The notes beneath the pieces are model-generated. The model did no database searches. It saw nothing but the letters and a program-made list of their open reading frames with translations, and was not told the DNA's origin. From NCBI GenBank assembly GCA_002633005.1, contig NMRA01000135.1, positions 803,681 to 867,680 on the forward strand: DNA of 64,000 nt, given 5' to 3'. Each line of letters starts with the position of its first letter. The stretch's first letter is position 1. Origin of the DNA: Phoronis australis (Eukaryota > Animalia > Phoronida). The position numbers and the translations under genes were made by a program. Below, in pieces: positions 1 through 18,880 of the stretch.

Positions 1-333
1 AGTTGCTATGAATGTTTTTGATAAGTTTAATTTTAGAGAGGTGAAAATCACCCCTGTAAATGTTACTGCAATTCAAAGTAGTTGAGTCTACGCTCGTAAA
101 CAGGAATAGGAAGTGAAATCGCCTAAGCGTAGCCAACAGCAGATACCTAATAGCTTGGTGGCCATCCTTACGTCAGTCTATAGATGGAGTTGTGAACACT
201 CGTGTGTTATTTGATGAGATAAGTCATGAGTCTACCAAATAATCATAATAAAATAACAGCAAAAGTAAAAAACTATTAACCACACCTTGTGAGAGCGACA
301 AAATGTGCAGAGCGCATCAATCACACACATTTT

Positions 334-508
334 CCCATACGAAAATATTCAATAGGATCCTATAGGAATTCCTATAGGAATCCTATAAGATTTCCTATAG
401 GAATCCTATAGGATTTCCTACAAAAATCCTAAAGGAAATCGTATAGGAATTCTATAGGATTTCCTATAGGAATCCAATAAAAAATCCTATTGGAATTTTT
501 CGTAAGGG
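334..508. mobile_element. MITE-like foldback element filled with a palindromic CCTATAGGA(A/T)T minisatellite
   Basis: Terminal inverted repeats CCCATACGAAAATATTCAATAGGA (334-) and TCCTATTGGAATTTTTCGTAAGGG (-508). The interior is a run of 11-12 bp self-complementary units. No clean TSD. Confidence 0.6.
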
Positions 509-984
509 ATCGCCCGGGTGACAATACACACGATCGAACGGCACATATTGTCCAACTCGGCATACATCATCGCTCGGGCGACAATGCGAGCTGAGAGCGA
601 CAATATGTGTTTCAACTGCCTCGGGTTCAGACCAGATACGTACATACCTTCAGGCACCAATAAAGATGGGAGGCCGCCTAACGCTACGTTCGAACTGAAT
701 ACATAATGTGGCATTTCGCTAACCATGCATATTGAGGACTGGATACCTATCAGAACAAGAGTGTCTGCCATACTGTAAAATCTTTCATATTTTTGGTTGG
801 TGGTAACCCGCATATATGAATATAGTAAGTAACCAAGATACTGACTTGGACAGTTATCATATTTTTTATGTCAAAATAATTTTTCCTTAGGATTCCAACA
901 ATTTCACAGGTTCAAAAACAACATTATACAATGTCAAATCTACACAAGAAATGAACACTACAGTTCTGGCACTATGAGTAGTGT

Positions 985-1845
985 TGGAGGTATTGGTGGT
1001 GCTGGATGTGGTGACAGTAATGACGATGATAGCGGTGGTGACGGTAGTACATTGTAAGGGTTAAGATGGACTTGATAATGGCACTGATGATGATGAAGAT
1101 AGTAGTAGAGTGGTGCCGATGATGGTTGTAATGATGATGTTGTGATGATAGTGATGGTTATCATGACAGGGATGATAGTGATGGTGGCGATGATGGTGGT
1201 AATGATGGTGATGATGATGGTGGTGGTGATGGTAACGATAGTGAAGGTTGTGGTAGTGATGATGGTAATGATGATGATAGTGATGGTAATGATGTGATGA
1301 TAATGATGGTTATGGTAGTGTTGTGGTAGTGAACACAGGGATGATGTAGGTGGTGATGAAGTGATGACGTTGTGATGGTACGTGTAACGGTGAAAAAGAT
1401 GATGGTGGTGGTGGTGAAGGTGGTGATGGTTATGATGATGGTGGTGGTGGTGGCTGTAGTGGTGGNNNNNNNNNNNNNNNNNNNNNNNNNNNNNNNNNTG
1501 GTGGTGATGATGGTGATGATGATGACGATGGCGGTGATATTGGCAAGGATAATGATAATCATTGTGGTAAATATAATGGTGGTGGTGGCAGAGATGGGTG
1601 TGGTGGTGATGGTAATGGTGGTGGCGATGGTAATGGTGGTGGTGGTGATGGTAGAAATGCTGATAACTGTGGTGGTGATATCGGTAGTGATAATAGTGGT
1701 GGTGATAGCAGTAATTACAATGGTGGTTGTGATGGAGATGGAAGAGGTATTGGTGGCAATGGTGTTGGTAGTGGTGGGGCACACTTGACCGCAATGGTAG
1801 CAACAGTTGTGATGGTGGTGGAAATGGTGATAGAGTTAATAGTGG
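985..1845. repeat. Degenerate (GGT/GAT)n trinucleotide microsatellite with an assembly gap (N run 1466-1498)
   Basis: Directly visible low-complexity GTG/GAT/GGT repeats, just downstream of the DDB2 stop codon. Confidence 0.95.
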
Positions 1846-1953
1846 CTGCAGCTGGAATATTACAAACAAAACAGACAAAAGTAAAGACTGGTAACATGGT
1901 AGCCATCCTATAACGCTACTCTCCTCTATCTCATTCTATGTCCAACATCAAGC

Positions 1954-4900
1954 CTAGTGCTTTCCACTCAGTTTCATGGAAGTCTTTGTCTGCGAGTGAT
2001 CATCTTTCTTCTGCCCACGTCGTGTACCACCCCTTCTCCTCCTGCCCTCCATGTTTAACTCAAGCCCATCACTTTTCATGGCTTCCAACAGGTGTTTCTG
2101 TTTCTCTTCCACCACACTCCTCTTACACCAGGCAAGAATATGATAACCCATACCTGACACCAAACAGTCTCCTCGCGGGCTGAACTTATTGAGAGACACT
2201 ATGCCTGGAGTTGATGGGTCATCTAACTGACACACTATCTCTCCAGAGTCGGCACTGAATATATCAATGGTACGACCTTCTTTAGCACTTGAGTCCTTAT
2301 CTGGATAGCGACCAACGACTATGAGATCCACTAGAGGGTGCCATGTTGCCTACACAACAAATTAATATGAAATTCAATGTAGTTATTCAACATTGCACAC
2401 ATACAAGTTACAGTACATGAAAGATGCACTGAATTACACCAAACCTGAATCAGAGTACCATTTAAACAGCCAAGGAATTCAAGCTGGGTGTGGTAATTTG
2501 AGTCATCAAATATTTCTAACATGAATAACAGTTTTCAAAATTATCAGTCTGGAATTCTATTAAAATAGTGCACTACACATGCAAGTATCATTTCAGACCA
2601 ACAAAATTTCTAATAATTATATTTTTACTAGAAAATTGCATTTTACAATAATGTACAACAGTATTTTATCATTTCTTACCCACATTTTAAACAAGCAGTG
2701 TAAAATTTAATGCAATAAAATGCCATCAATTAAATTTTTATTTCTAAGATCTTTTAAGTAAACATGAACAGTGAAAGCCCAAAGTTTCTTGAAATATCAT
2801 TATTAATACTAACAGAACTCGAAAGAGATGAAAAACACACCACCATAAGTATCACTTAAGATATCCCCATTTTGTGTCTAGCTACCATAAATATCACTTA
2901 AAGTACCCCAATTTTGTGTCCGGCCAAGACCCATTTTGATGCTCTTTGTTCAGGGACGTCAATCAAACTCTTGCCAAAGAGCCAAACTCGTACAATGGCA
3001 GGGTCACTCTTCCCACTAACAACTCACTTCCCATTCACTGCAAGAAATTTTACCTCGCACAAAAAAAAAACTGAAATACACAATACACAAGTGCACTTAT
3101 CATGTACAATTTCTAATGCGCGATAAATATCGAGTACCGAGTAGTAAGGCTTCAGTACCATTTCTGTGGCACGCCTTACATGGCCCAAGGTCGCAGTTCG
3201 ACCACTAATACTTGATACTGCTATGCAAAACGTGGTGGTCCAAATTCATTGGCATCTTCAGTACACAAAGATGACACTGTTAATGCAACACTAACCTTAA
3301 TACTCGTAAGATGTTGGAACTGGCGATGTGGGTGACGTATTGTCCTCTCCAGTCGCCATTCTGGTCCTGCAAACAGACGCAGTTGGTCATACTGGTCAGT
3401 TGTGAGCAGACGGATACCATCAGATGGACTGAAGTGTGCTGAAAGAGACAAAGCAACTTGTGTTTGGACTGTGACTAAGAAAATCAACTAATATAGTGAA
3501 TGAAGGAAGGTCGTATGAAGGGAGCACAGGCTGTCTGGACTACAATTAGTGCCGAAGATTTGTTCATATAAGCCAAGGGTGTATGTTCATAAAGTATCAG
3601 TTTAGGGATGAAAAATAAAAATTAATACAAATCTATGCTTGGTCGTATATTTCGAATATGATGAATATATGCTCAGGCGTATCAACACTGCGACCGACTT
3701 GCAAAGTGAAAACAAGAGCGTTGATATACAACATTGCTTATTTATGATTGTCCCCTAAGTACACGTAGGAGTTTATTTGTAGTCAATTTCACATGACACT
3801 GAGGAAATTTTAGGATTCAACAATGCATAGTTTACACCAAATATATGTTCTGGGAATACCTGTGGAAAATTTTCCTTATTTAAACCCACTACGCGAACCA
3901 TGACTGGGCATATCGGCAGATAACTCCGGTGAATGCAAATATTTTATCAAAACATATCCAGTGAGAACAAAATACTGAACAGCACAATGTCTTCATCTTG
4001 AAATTGAGGTATCTATTGAAATATGGGAAACTGAAGTTCTTAGCAATTATTTTTTGTGAAAATAAAAGACTTTACCATACACACAAAATTTTAACAGTTG
4101 TTGACGACACCCCACACCCATAACCATTTACACGTTTAAATGCCCCTGACATATTAAATGCTAACACTTATACAGTAGGGATTTGTAGTTCCTTATACCA
4201 ACCTGTCTTTGTAATCGTTCGCATTCAGTTAAAATGCAAGTAATATACAGCGTGAAAATTAAAAGAACACCCATTCTGACAGTGTTTTATATACCTCTCA
4301 CCCCGATAAGGCTTTAAATCAAAACATTTGAGAAGTTGTTAACTTGAACCGACAATCTAGGCAACCGTCCAGATCAATCTTTCAAAACTTAAGTATACAC
4401 CCATGTTCAGCTTAATATAATATAAACATACCACTGTTGACCGGTTTGTCATGCTCCAAAACACAGAGTGTACTGTTGCGATCCTTGACCATGCGGACAT
4501 CCCAAAGTTTAACAGTACGGTCGACCGAGGCAGTACAGAACAGAGAGGGCTCTATAAGACTGAACTCAACATGTGTTACTTTGCTCTTGTGCAGACGATG
4601 TTTCCAACCCTGGTAACAGTAATTCAATATGAAATTTTACTCATGAACAAACACTTAAATGTATCACCAGAAAACATAATTCCCAACAAAGTTGCCATGG
4701 CGATTGCTTTTAAATTAACCATTATAAATAACAATAGAAATGTTCATAAAAATCAAATTTTAATCAAAACAATTATAGTAGTGATCGAAAGACATCCATT
4801 TGTGACAAACTACTGCAACAAAACACAAGAGTCAGTATAATTAGCTGAATAGCTTTGTCTCCAATGGCAGTCGATATCCATGCTTATTTATTTCTTTACC

Positions 4901-7900
4901 AAACACAATTTCTATGCAGACTTAACAAGTAAGTAGTGGAACAGGTCCCCTTTTACACACTTCAAATTAATAGCAGAAAAACATTTCTATTTCAGTGAGA
5001 AAAAAGGTTTTGGTTTGGTTAACTGTATAAAAGCTGAAAGTTAAAACCATATTTACCCAGTCGACCAGCCTTTTTTATTTAGAAGTTCAATGTTTCTAAA
5101 CAGTTCATTTCATATTTTCACACATGCCCCATAGTGAGAACATTACTCACCTTCTCAGCTCTTGATGACACTATCTGAGTGTACCCCAAGTTGTCACCAG
5201 CGATCACCATGTCCTGTTTTCCTGATATATCAGCACCGCAATACCAATGTCTGGACAACAGAAAGAGGTTAGCAGTTATGAAGAACATGCATTAACAAGT
5301 CAGAATGACAAAATAGAGCGACCTCAGCAGAAGCAAAAGCACAGTAAAAAGGATACCATATGCGGCTTTGTCCTATTAACAGATATTAGAAACGATTTTC
5401 CCATCCAACTCCCTGGAACAAAATAATGCTCCATAACCTTCGACAACCTTCAAAAGTTTGGAGGAAAATTTGAGTACTTCTTTTAAATTCTGCAAATCCG
5501 GCAAGCATAAATTGGAGAAAGACCACCCACCAAGAATAACAATTCCCAATCTGTGGCATTAGAGAGTTTAAGTTTTTAGTTGAATCCTGCTCTTATCTGT
5601 CTAGATGATGCCAATGATGAATTAACAGACGACAGAATGAGGATTGGCTGAAATCACCAACACATGGTTTAGTATCCTTTTAACAAATATGTGAAGTAAA
5701 ATCAAAGCATTAGCTATTAATTTTGGCAATATTGAACCTTAACTTTAATTTGGCAAGTGCTCTTAAACACAATGTCTAATGGCACACGAGTCACTCAATC
5801 TACCAGTGATAAGAAAGCACAGGGGAATATATGTGTGGGCTATAAAGTGGCCCTTATGTCAGCACATGCAGGAAAAAGCAAACAATATACATTGAAGCAC
5901 TGATTGTAGATAAATAAATCTGTTTACAAGCAGAATGGCCAATGTGGAAATTCAACTGAACCATAAAGATTGACCTCAATATGCTTTTCCATTTGGTGGA
6001 GCTCATCATTACAAGAACAGATAGGATGTCCCCTCTCTCCTGTTTATGCACTCCAATACATAGAACATATATTTACTGTGAATTAACAACTGCATTTTAC
6101 ATAGAAAGAAACAAAAAATTGCATTTTGAAACCATAAAACATCTTGACAGAAGTTTGAAGAACAATGTGAACTGCTTGGCAACATAACTATTGTAAGTAT
6201 GACAGAGAGTTTTAACTCTTTGATAAATTATTAAGTGATTTGACGGAAATCTAAAAACAGATGAACTTACTCAACAAAGTTCTGAGTATCCAGCAACACT
6301 TGACTTTGTTTCCCACTTAAGTCGCGGAATTGCACCATGCCATTAGCGGAGGTGGTCATAAGCTTGCTGTGATCAGACGGTACAAACTTCATGGAGTTGA
6401 TCTGGTCCCCAACACCTCCCTAGCAAAGAACAATTATTACACAATACGTAACAGCTCTTTAAGTCATTCAGATACCACGTACATCTTTAGAGATCTAAGT
6501 TTAGTCCTGCATATTTGGTTGTAGAGGATTTGTACAGACTTTGCACTGTGGATGGGTGTATGTCAAGCTAGATTTATTCTCATTTGAAGTTGGTGACCAT
6601 TATTTGACCTAATTACCATTATAGTACAACCTTTAACAGCATTGGAATCGAGATTAACCATTAATCTCTGATACGGTAATTATTCACCTATTCAGCACAC
6701 AATATGGTCGACAAGTGAAGCTTGATTTTCAGAAATTTTACAAAAGAAATAAAGATTAAAATGTCTTAGTTTATAGTTTATTACTAGCTTTGTTCGTTTT
6801 GTGTAGATGCTATGAAACAACACAACAGTTTTCCTTATGAACAGCTAAGTACTCAGCTTTTGAGATGTAGAGAATTAGAACAATTTTGGGAATTACTGTG
6901 CAAAATGAATGAAGAGTTACCATACATGCAAATCTTACGAGCCAAAATGCACCAGTTAAGCAGTTCAAAAAATTATTACACATCAAATCTTGCTTCACTA
7001 TAAAATTGTACCCCTGGAAGTATCACGTCCTGGTTGATTTGGTCAATGTTCCACAGAATAATCTCTCCAAACTTGGAGGCCACAGCTACTGTGGTTGGTG
7101 AGACCGGGTGCCAGTCGATAGCTTGGACACGCCTCTGGAATGGACTGGCAGTACGGTACAAAGACAGACCTTTGACCATTTCAATTACTGGCTGACTGGT
7201 GACCTGAAAACAGAGCAAAACATTCAAAACCAATGCAGACTGGCAGCAAGAATGATACAAAATGAAAGATCAAGTTGGTGTGTGTGTGCAAGAATTGTGG
7301 GATACATTTTACTTTCACAAAGTTACACGGACATCAAGGACTTGGCCTACTTCTCAACACCTTGTACTTTGTTAAGATTTGTATAAGAACTAAGAAAGCC
7401 ATGAATCTTTGATAACATTAAGTTCCTTTAGTGTGGAGTGGAACAATTACAGCTTTAGCAATGATCTCACTACAATATAACATTGCCTGAAATTTAATTC
7501 TGTGCTATTGACGTGTGAATCGTGATGCCACACAAAAGATGGTAGTAACTCTTAACAATGTCCTAACTGGATGTGGAAACTGCTTCTGTCTGCATAGAGA
7601 TATATTTATGTGAAATTGATGAGACAATGCCGTGTAAAGAAACAACAAGATAAAGCTGGAGATTAGGAGTTAAAAATGCTTTGAGTATGGTGAAGTTGAA
7701 TGCTGTCTAGTGGCAATTATGGTGTAATTTCAATGTGACAAGTGCAAAGGGTACAGTAAACAGCAAAATCCAGACACTTGCAAGTGCTCACGCAAACATT
7801 TCTGTGTTGCCATAGCAATGCAATCCCGTAGCAGAGTAGGAACATTTCCTAAGTCACAACATACATGCTTATCATTGTCAATTTAATATCGGAAAATAAT

Positions 7901-8901
7901 CTCTGGATCGCATTATTCGACGTATAATTATCATTTTGAGTGGGTGATTTGTCACACAATGTTCCATTAAGTCCCAACAAGACTACAACGGAGTCAGCAA
8001 GTTGCGCCTAACTGTACACCTGCGTTGTTTGACAACTTGATTCCCCCTTGTGTTGGCTAGTGCCGTACAATTGTGTTCTAGAAATAATGAGCTGGCTTCG
8101 TAACAACACTGTAGTAAAATCTTGCCTATTTTCAAAAACCATATGCCATATGTGCCTTTTTCATTTTTCAAAGGCTGCTAACATTGTTGTGAATGCCCAC
8201 AAATTCCTGAATTTTGTCTGGTGGTAGCTGTGATACAAAACTTTAACTTGGAAAAACATTAAATCTGGTGTTAGGTGTGTTTCACGGAAAAATGGCAATA
8301 TAAATTTCACTGATCGGCCATATTGTGTCCTAAATTGATAAGATTTTACCCTATACACACTGGTTTAACAGACACTGGATACACAAGTGGAACTTGAAGG
8401 TATACACACCGTTCTATTCCTAATTCCGCCACAAGTTCTGCCCAGATATAGCTGATGAAGAATGCTCTGGGCGAGAGGTTTACGCTCACCATACTGACGT
8501 ACAATATGAATACGAGGAGAACACGCTTGGGAGGCAAAGTTCACTTGGAAGTCCTTTGTTAACCTGGAGGTCACAGATGGTTGATTTTCAATGTCTTCTA
8601 TCTGTCTTAGAGCAACATCAGTTGGCAGATTCTCGCAAGAGCTTTTTGTTGGTTCGTTTTTCTCTTTGTGTGCTTTTGTTGTCGCTGCAAAATTTCCATT
8701 TGATCTGTTCTTACGATTTGTAATTTGGCTGCCTTCCTGAGTTCTTGAATCCACTTTAGTCCTCGGTGACTGTCTCCGCACATCCTGTGAGAACGGATCA
8801 GTACCAGAGTTTCTGTATGTTTGTTCACCGCGCTTAACTTTGCTATCAGTTGTAACATCACTGGTGACTTCCGATGGCTTCTGTCTTTTCCTTCTGGTCA
8901 T
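1954..8901 (-). CDS. DDB2: DNA damage-binding protein 2 (WD40 UV-lesion sensor), 7 coding exons, 549 aa
   Basis: Exons 8901-8410, 7203-7012, 6419-6271, 5250-5151, 4609-4432, 3438-3296, 2349-1954. All GT-AG, phases consistent, 1650 nt total. DDB2-typical motifs: [86 protein letters not shown]. An acceptor just upstream of the ATG (exon start 8913) implies a further 5-prime UTR exon toward TPI. Confidence 0.95.
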
Positions 8902-9309
8902 TTTGTTGTTCAGCTAAAACACATTAAGACATGCATTAAATGAGAACTGCTGTTTTACACCTATGGTACACCCTCATCAACAAAGTTCAGCCTAACTGGC
9001 ATTCAAGAGACTGAGAAAATTGGTTCTACTTCAGGGACAACTATTTAGACAAGCTATTATCACAAATTGCAAAAGGAACATTTGTAGGGTCATGCGAAAC
9101 ATCTTTTTACTGAACTAGTAATGGAAAAGAAAGTAATATATGCAGCAAAACAAGGATATGCATTGACCAAATTTCATAAATGTTCTCAATAAAATCTCAA
9201 AAATGCTGAACCATTCCACTACCAGTACTGGTGGAACTGAAACTCAAATGTAGAGAAAGCGGAAGATACTTGCACAACCGCAATATGTGCGAACTAACTA
9301 ATTAACTGA

Positions 9310-9819
9310 TAGACAGTGACCACCGTCTCTAGCTGGCTCAGTAGAAGTGGTGAAAGAGCTTCATATGCTGGAAGCTTTTCATTGATTTATGCCTCACACT
9401 GATTAAAACATCAAAGTCACATTGTTATACCTACCTTTCGCGCATAAAGGGACACCTAATTCTTTCAAACTCGAACAAATCCGTACTCAAACTTTTCCTT
9501 CGGTCAATTGCCCAAATCGGCAACTAGACATTTTTAACACTGTGCATGTTCCTGGCAGGCGCAGTAAAAATAGGAGCGCGCGCAGTGTAAAAATGGCCAG
9601 TTGCCGATTTGGGCAACTGAACGAAGAACTGCTCAAAGAAAAACTTTGATTATAAGAGTATTTGTTTGAGTTTGAAGTAATTAGAGACATCAACGGCTAA
9701 GGTGTTCCTCTATGCGCAAAAGGTACTTATAAAAACGTGACTCTTACTCAGTGTGAGGCATAATTCCCCAAAAAGCTTACGGCGTACGAAGCTCCTACTG
9801 GGGCCAGTAAGACACGGTG
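9310..9819. mobile_element. Foldback MITE family A, copy 1 (almost fully palindromic)
   Basis: Starts TAGACAGTGACCACCG. Arms are reverse complements, e.g. TTGCCCAAATCGGCAACT / AGTTGCCGATTTGGGCAA and GCGCATAAAGGGACACCT / AGGTGTTCCTCTATGCGC. Confidence 0.75.
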
Positions 9820-10420
9820 TAGACAGTGACCACCGTTTCTAGCTGACTCAGTAGAGACAGTGTAGCTCGATCCTCTAGGAGCTTCATATGCAGGAAGCTT
9901 TTCGTAGAATTATGCCACAAACTGACTAAAAGATCAAAATCACCTTGTTATAAATACCGTTTGCACATAGAGGGACACCTTAGGAGGCCATCGATGTCTT
10001 TAATTACTTCCAACTCGAACAAATACTTCATTGTCAAACTTTTTCTTCGACTAGAGGCAGTCCCTCGTTAAGTTTCCAAAATTGGTAACTCACACTGCGC
10101 ACACCAGGGGGTATGACAACATACCACCTGCCGCTGGGATTGGGAGTGTTAAAATGAACATTTTGGTTGGATTTAGGGAACTGAATGAAGGACTGCTTGA
10201 AGAAAAAGTTCGATAACAAGAGTTTGAGTAGACAGGAATTAAAGAAATCGATGGCCTCCTAATTAAGGCTGTCCCTCTATGCGCAAACAGTATTTATAAC
10301 AAGGCGACTTTGATGCTTTAGTCAATATGAGGCATAATTCTCCAAAGAGCTTCCGGCTTGTAAAGGTTATTATGAACAAGCTAATGTAGAGAGTGTAGGA
10401 GCTACACCGACTCTGGCTTA
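9820..10420. mobile_element. Foldback MITE family A, copy 2 (directly abutting copy 1)
   Basis: Restarts TAGACAGTGACCACCG at 9820 with the same GGAAGCTTTT..AATTATGCC..AAAGTCAC..ATAGAGGGACACCTTAGGAGGCCATCGAT arm, and its reverse complement at about 10245-10350. Right boundary approximate. Confidence 0.7.
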
Positions 10421-10559
10421 CACACTACACAGCGAGCAATACAATTTCACATAGGCAAACCAACTTCTTGCAGTTTTGCAAAACATCTAGAACGTACAAC
10501 TCGTCGATTTGGAATCAAGATCAGCAGTCAGAAACATGCACACGATCGCAATCCGTATC

Positions 10560-10923
10560 ACCACATGTCACTGTCGGCCATAGCAGTTTACGTAAATAGA
10601 AATAACCTATTTAAAATTTGCGCGAAAATAGCGACATCTTCAGCCTAGAATTGTCAAAACGGTCAAAATTGTCATTCGGTTTTGTTTTTTACAAGATTGA
10701 ACTTCAGCCACTTTTTCGAGTATTTAATTAGTGCTAAATTATTATTGGTGTTGAATTACGTTGCGTAAAATTTGCAACTCAAATACGAAAGTTATTACTT
10801 GATGATATTTCACTCTTCATCGAATGACCTTGACTCTCGGTTGACATTTGTAACTTTCTGCCGGTTGCTGACAGTTTTGGTTTTGCGTTTTCTTTGGTGT
10901 GGTTCCTACAACACTCTTTCACT
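10560..10923. promoter_or_regulatory. Probable bidirectional promoter region shared by DDB2 and TPI
   Basis: Inference from the divergent gene orientation. This is the main repeat-free stretch upstream of the TPI ATG and contains an E2F-like GCGCGAAA at about 10620. TSSs were not observed. Confidence 0.4.
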
Positions 10924-15234
<4,311 letters not shown>

Positions 15235-17424
15235 TGCCAGAGTTTACTATAGGTGGCGGTAGTGGTGCATGAGGTAGAGGTCTTGAGATTTCATCTGTTT
15301 GTGTTGTGATGAAATTGCAACAAATTTTCCTGCTTGCAGTCTGCAGTGTGATTGTCCCCAGAACAATTTTGTAGCGTGGCTGTTAGTTTGTTAGACATGT
15401 AATGATTTTTGTTTTTGTTTACTGTTGCACCAGTGCTCGATATTTGGATGTTGTTTTTTAAGTTTAGGGGATACCGAACACTCTTTTAACCTTTGATAGG
15501 TATTTAAAGGATTGCATGTTGACTTGAGAAATTAAAAATGCTTTGCTACCATTGTCAGTCCTCAAATGTTTGAAGCAAACTTCTAGTAAAGTGTCTTCAG
15601 TTGCATTGAGTTGAACTAATCTAAATTCATAGGGAAATATGACTCACTTCAAATCACAGGCTCCACAGCTCTTAGGGGATGCATGAATTTTTAAGCGGAA
15701 CTAGTGATGTTGAAATTGCTAAAACAAGGTTTAGTATCCTTTGATATCTTGGGAGTTGAATGGATGATAGTACTACTGGCTGGTGTCTGTTGAATTTTCT
15801 GGTAATGAAGAATAAATATATCATTCTAGGGATGCAACCAAATTTTAATCCAATTTATGACTGGACGCCTGGTGAAAATATTCACCTTGCCTTGAATGTA
15901 ACGTTTCCAAGTCATTAGAGCTGAGGTGTTTTTGTTTAAAGAGTGTGCTCGGGGACGAGCGCAAAGTGTGCGCTACAAAAGTGCGAACTGGTGAAATTCA
16001 GGCGTTAATGAATTAGTGAGAATCATTCACAAACTTTATTGCACTATTTTACAGTGTCATTAGTCACATCTGTTAACTGTCATTTAAATGGCACATATCT
16101 CTTCACAGGGGTCAGCAAGCAACCACTTTCAATTTAATAACATCAGTCACAATACAAATAAATTAACACAAAATTGACACACACATTAAATTTGCAATCA
16201 CAGGTTAAAATGCAGAAGTTCAACAGGAGTGCCCTGTTACATAAAACAGTTTATTAGGAACTCCACAATGTTCCCTAAATTTTCTGGGCATTTGTGGACT
16301 TGGTGCAAGCACAGATTGTTCTTCTATTTTACAAGGATTGTTGGTCAAGTTTTAGCTTTGGCCATAGGAGACTGCACATTTAATTCTTAATATTATTGTA
16401 AATAAACGCTATCCTTTTCATGTAAGTGCCTTAATTTAGGATTAAGTGCTTATCTTTTTCAAATGGAATAAGCGCGCATATTGTTGGAAAATGTCGTAAA
16501 GTAGTAGAGGAGATCACCATGAAGATCAAGTGATGGAAAGGGAACTTGAATTTGTAAATCTAAAATGGGCTGGAAACGCAAGCATCATATGGCGGGGTGT
16601 CTATTGGGACTTTCGTGCAACGGGCCGCAGAGGGCCTTTTCAGCAAAAGATTTGCGTATGTTAGTGCTCTCCTTACCAGGGACGGAGTACCGCGTTATCC
16701 TTTAATTTACAACTTGCCTGTATATAATTGTGACACGACTCCCGTGAGAGAGAGATTCTTTAAGTTTTGTTAATACACCGCTTGGTGTTGTACAACTATT
16801 ATGCAAATATCATGATCTAAACAAACACCAATGCCGCACGACTGACGGCTGTTGATCTCAAACAGTTTACTCAAACTTTAGAAAATAACTGAAGCATTAG
16901 ACACAGAACTTCACCCTTCACTACTTTTGCCATTAAGGGTTGGGAATTGCACTACAGTCAGTTGATGGCACCAAAAACATTTGTGCTCAATAGTCGGATT
17001 TATGGTAGCCCGTGCACAACCAAAATGACTGCGCCATCAAGACAAATCGATGCTGCACACAAGCCGAAATGTGACAGCCCAGATACCCTGGTTTGAGAAT
17101 TGGTGTATTTAGGTTCGTTCGCATCTCGCTAGTCCAGGTTAGAGATGCGCTCCTGTGTCTCGCAAAACTCCAAGCGCGAATACAGCGCTGTTGGTGTAAG
17201 GATTGTATACATATTCCCGAATTCTCCTATTAATCTCTGCATAACAGATTTTCAGTAAAACGGTTAGGACACGTAGCGAGACTCAGGTATTTTATAAACT
17301 AGGTACCATATTGCACTCTCCAGGTGGCGACTGAGAAACGAGGCAAGATGTTGGAGAGGCTCTAAAAAGCTTGTCATTCATCTGACAAAACGACGCCGCC
17401 TGGTTGGGAGAAACGAAACCTGGC

Positions 17425-17752
17425 TAGGGGCGGATCGAGGATTTTGAGTTAGGAGGACTCCAGGGCATAGGAATAACCAGAATTTGGCCACATGCGCGCG
17501 TCCAGCCTAAAATGTAGGGATGCAGGGGTCTCGAATTTTTGGGTTCGTGGACCTTATTCCAAAAAAATATCCGTAAAGTAAACAGAGTTTGTTCAAGACA
17601 TGTGCATTGTGCATTCGCCCCCCGAGCCCCCTTGGGTGCACGCATACGTTAGTCAGCAATTCGCACCCCGGACTGCCAAATGGTATCAGCCTGAGGGCGA
17701 ATTTTAGGGGGCCATGGCCCCCTTGCCCCCACACCTCCTAAATCCGCCACTA
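17425..17752 (+). mobile_element. MITE family B (hAT-like YAGGGGCGGAT..ATCCGCCACTR ends, 5-bp TSD)
   Basis: TAGGGGCGGATCGAGGATTTTGAGTTAGG..CCTAAATCCGCCACTA. TSD CTGGC at 17420-17424 and 17753-17757. Confidence 0.8.
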
Positions 17753-18880
17753 CTGGCTACCATCGTTTAGTACCTAACCCACAGTCGCAGCCACTTTAAG
17801 CTGGTCTGTGTACGTTATGCTCTCTTGGCGTCAGTGTATCCATGATTTTGATCCGGGGACGGGTATTTTTATGAATTTCATTTCATTAAAGTCCCTATCA
17901 AGAGGATGAACTAGTGGCAAAATCACTCTTTAGATGGCGCATAAAAGTCACGTGGGGAACTCCATTTTACCGCGGGGCTACGAAATAATGAAAAGTAGCA
18001 TCAGTCAACTGGAAAATCCAATTCATTAGTGGTCAGTTTTGCAGTTCACTTTGTTACTCTGGATAATACTTTGAATGTTATGATCTTTGGTGTCTCAGGT
18101 TCCGGCCCTGTGTTAGAAGCTTTTTCTCCGGCTTTTTAGCATAGTATCCATCCAAGTGTTCTTCACGTAGGAAACCGGTTATAGACATAACTTTCTATTC
18201 ACTCCCGTCTAGTCTTTGCGTGATCAGCATTTGTGTTTAAATACATAAAATAAAGCGGCGAATACAAATAAGTTAAAACCTACGTCTAGTGTGCATTGTA
18301 AGCATTGCTAGCAATTTTACATTAAAGGAATCCTACGTTGGTTCCCTCATCGGTCGATATTAGGCAATTCGATTGGAATGCGTACCTCAAAATCCAGTGC
18401 CGGCATGATCAAGACACCATGTTGTGTAGTTAACTCCATCACCTCATGCAGGCTGCTGATGCTAGTTATCGTTCTCTAGATAATCAGACCCATCATAAAC
18501 ACACTGGCGACGACAATTGTGTTAAGTTTTTAAATAGCATATTTGTATAGTCCTGCCTGGAAAATTACGCCGGCGGCGTGGTTAGGTTTTTGAATTTTTG
18601 AAAGTCGGACATGAAACGTGACTTACTACCTGAAACGTTTTTGGATAATGTTGCCATCTGATGTTCCACATTAATTCTACTAGTTGTGCAACATAATTGG
18701 ACCAGCAGGCAGTTGGATTTTAAGGTAAGGCAAGTATCATCATACAAGTCTTGACAGTAATTCTGAGCATGAACCGAGTAACCGTTGCCAGAACCTCCGT
18801 TCGGGCTTCAAACATGATTCTCGATTCCTCTCCATAAGAAGTACGCTCTATATAAAAGAAATAAGTGTAACATTGTAAGG

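Noticed and set aside
487-813. 108-aa minus-strand ORF, with a possible AG..GT exon at about 772-649
   Set aside because: No recognisable family and no linkable neighbouring exons inside the window. Cannot be supported.
958-1906. Long His-rich, Thr/Ile-rich and Val/Met-rich ORFs
   Set aside because: Translations of a GGT/GAT microsatellite spanning an N gap, open in several frames on both strands.
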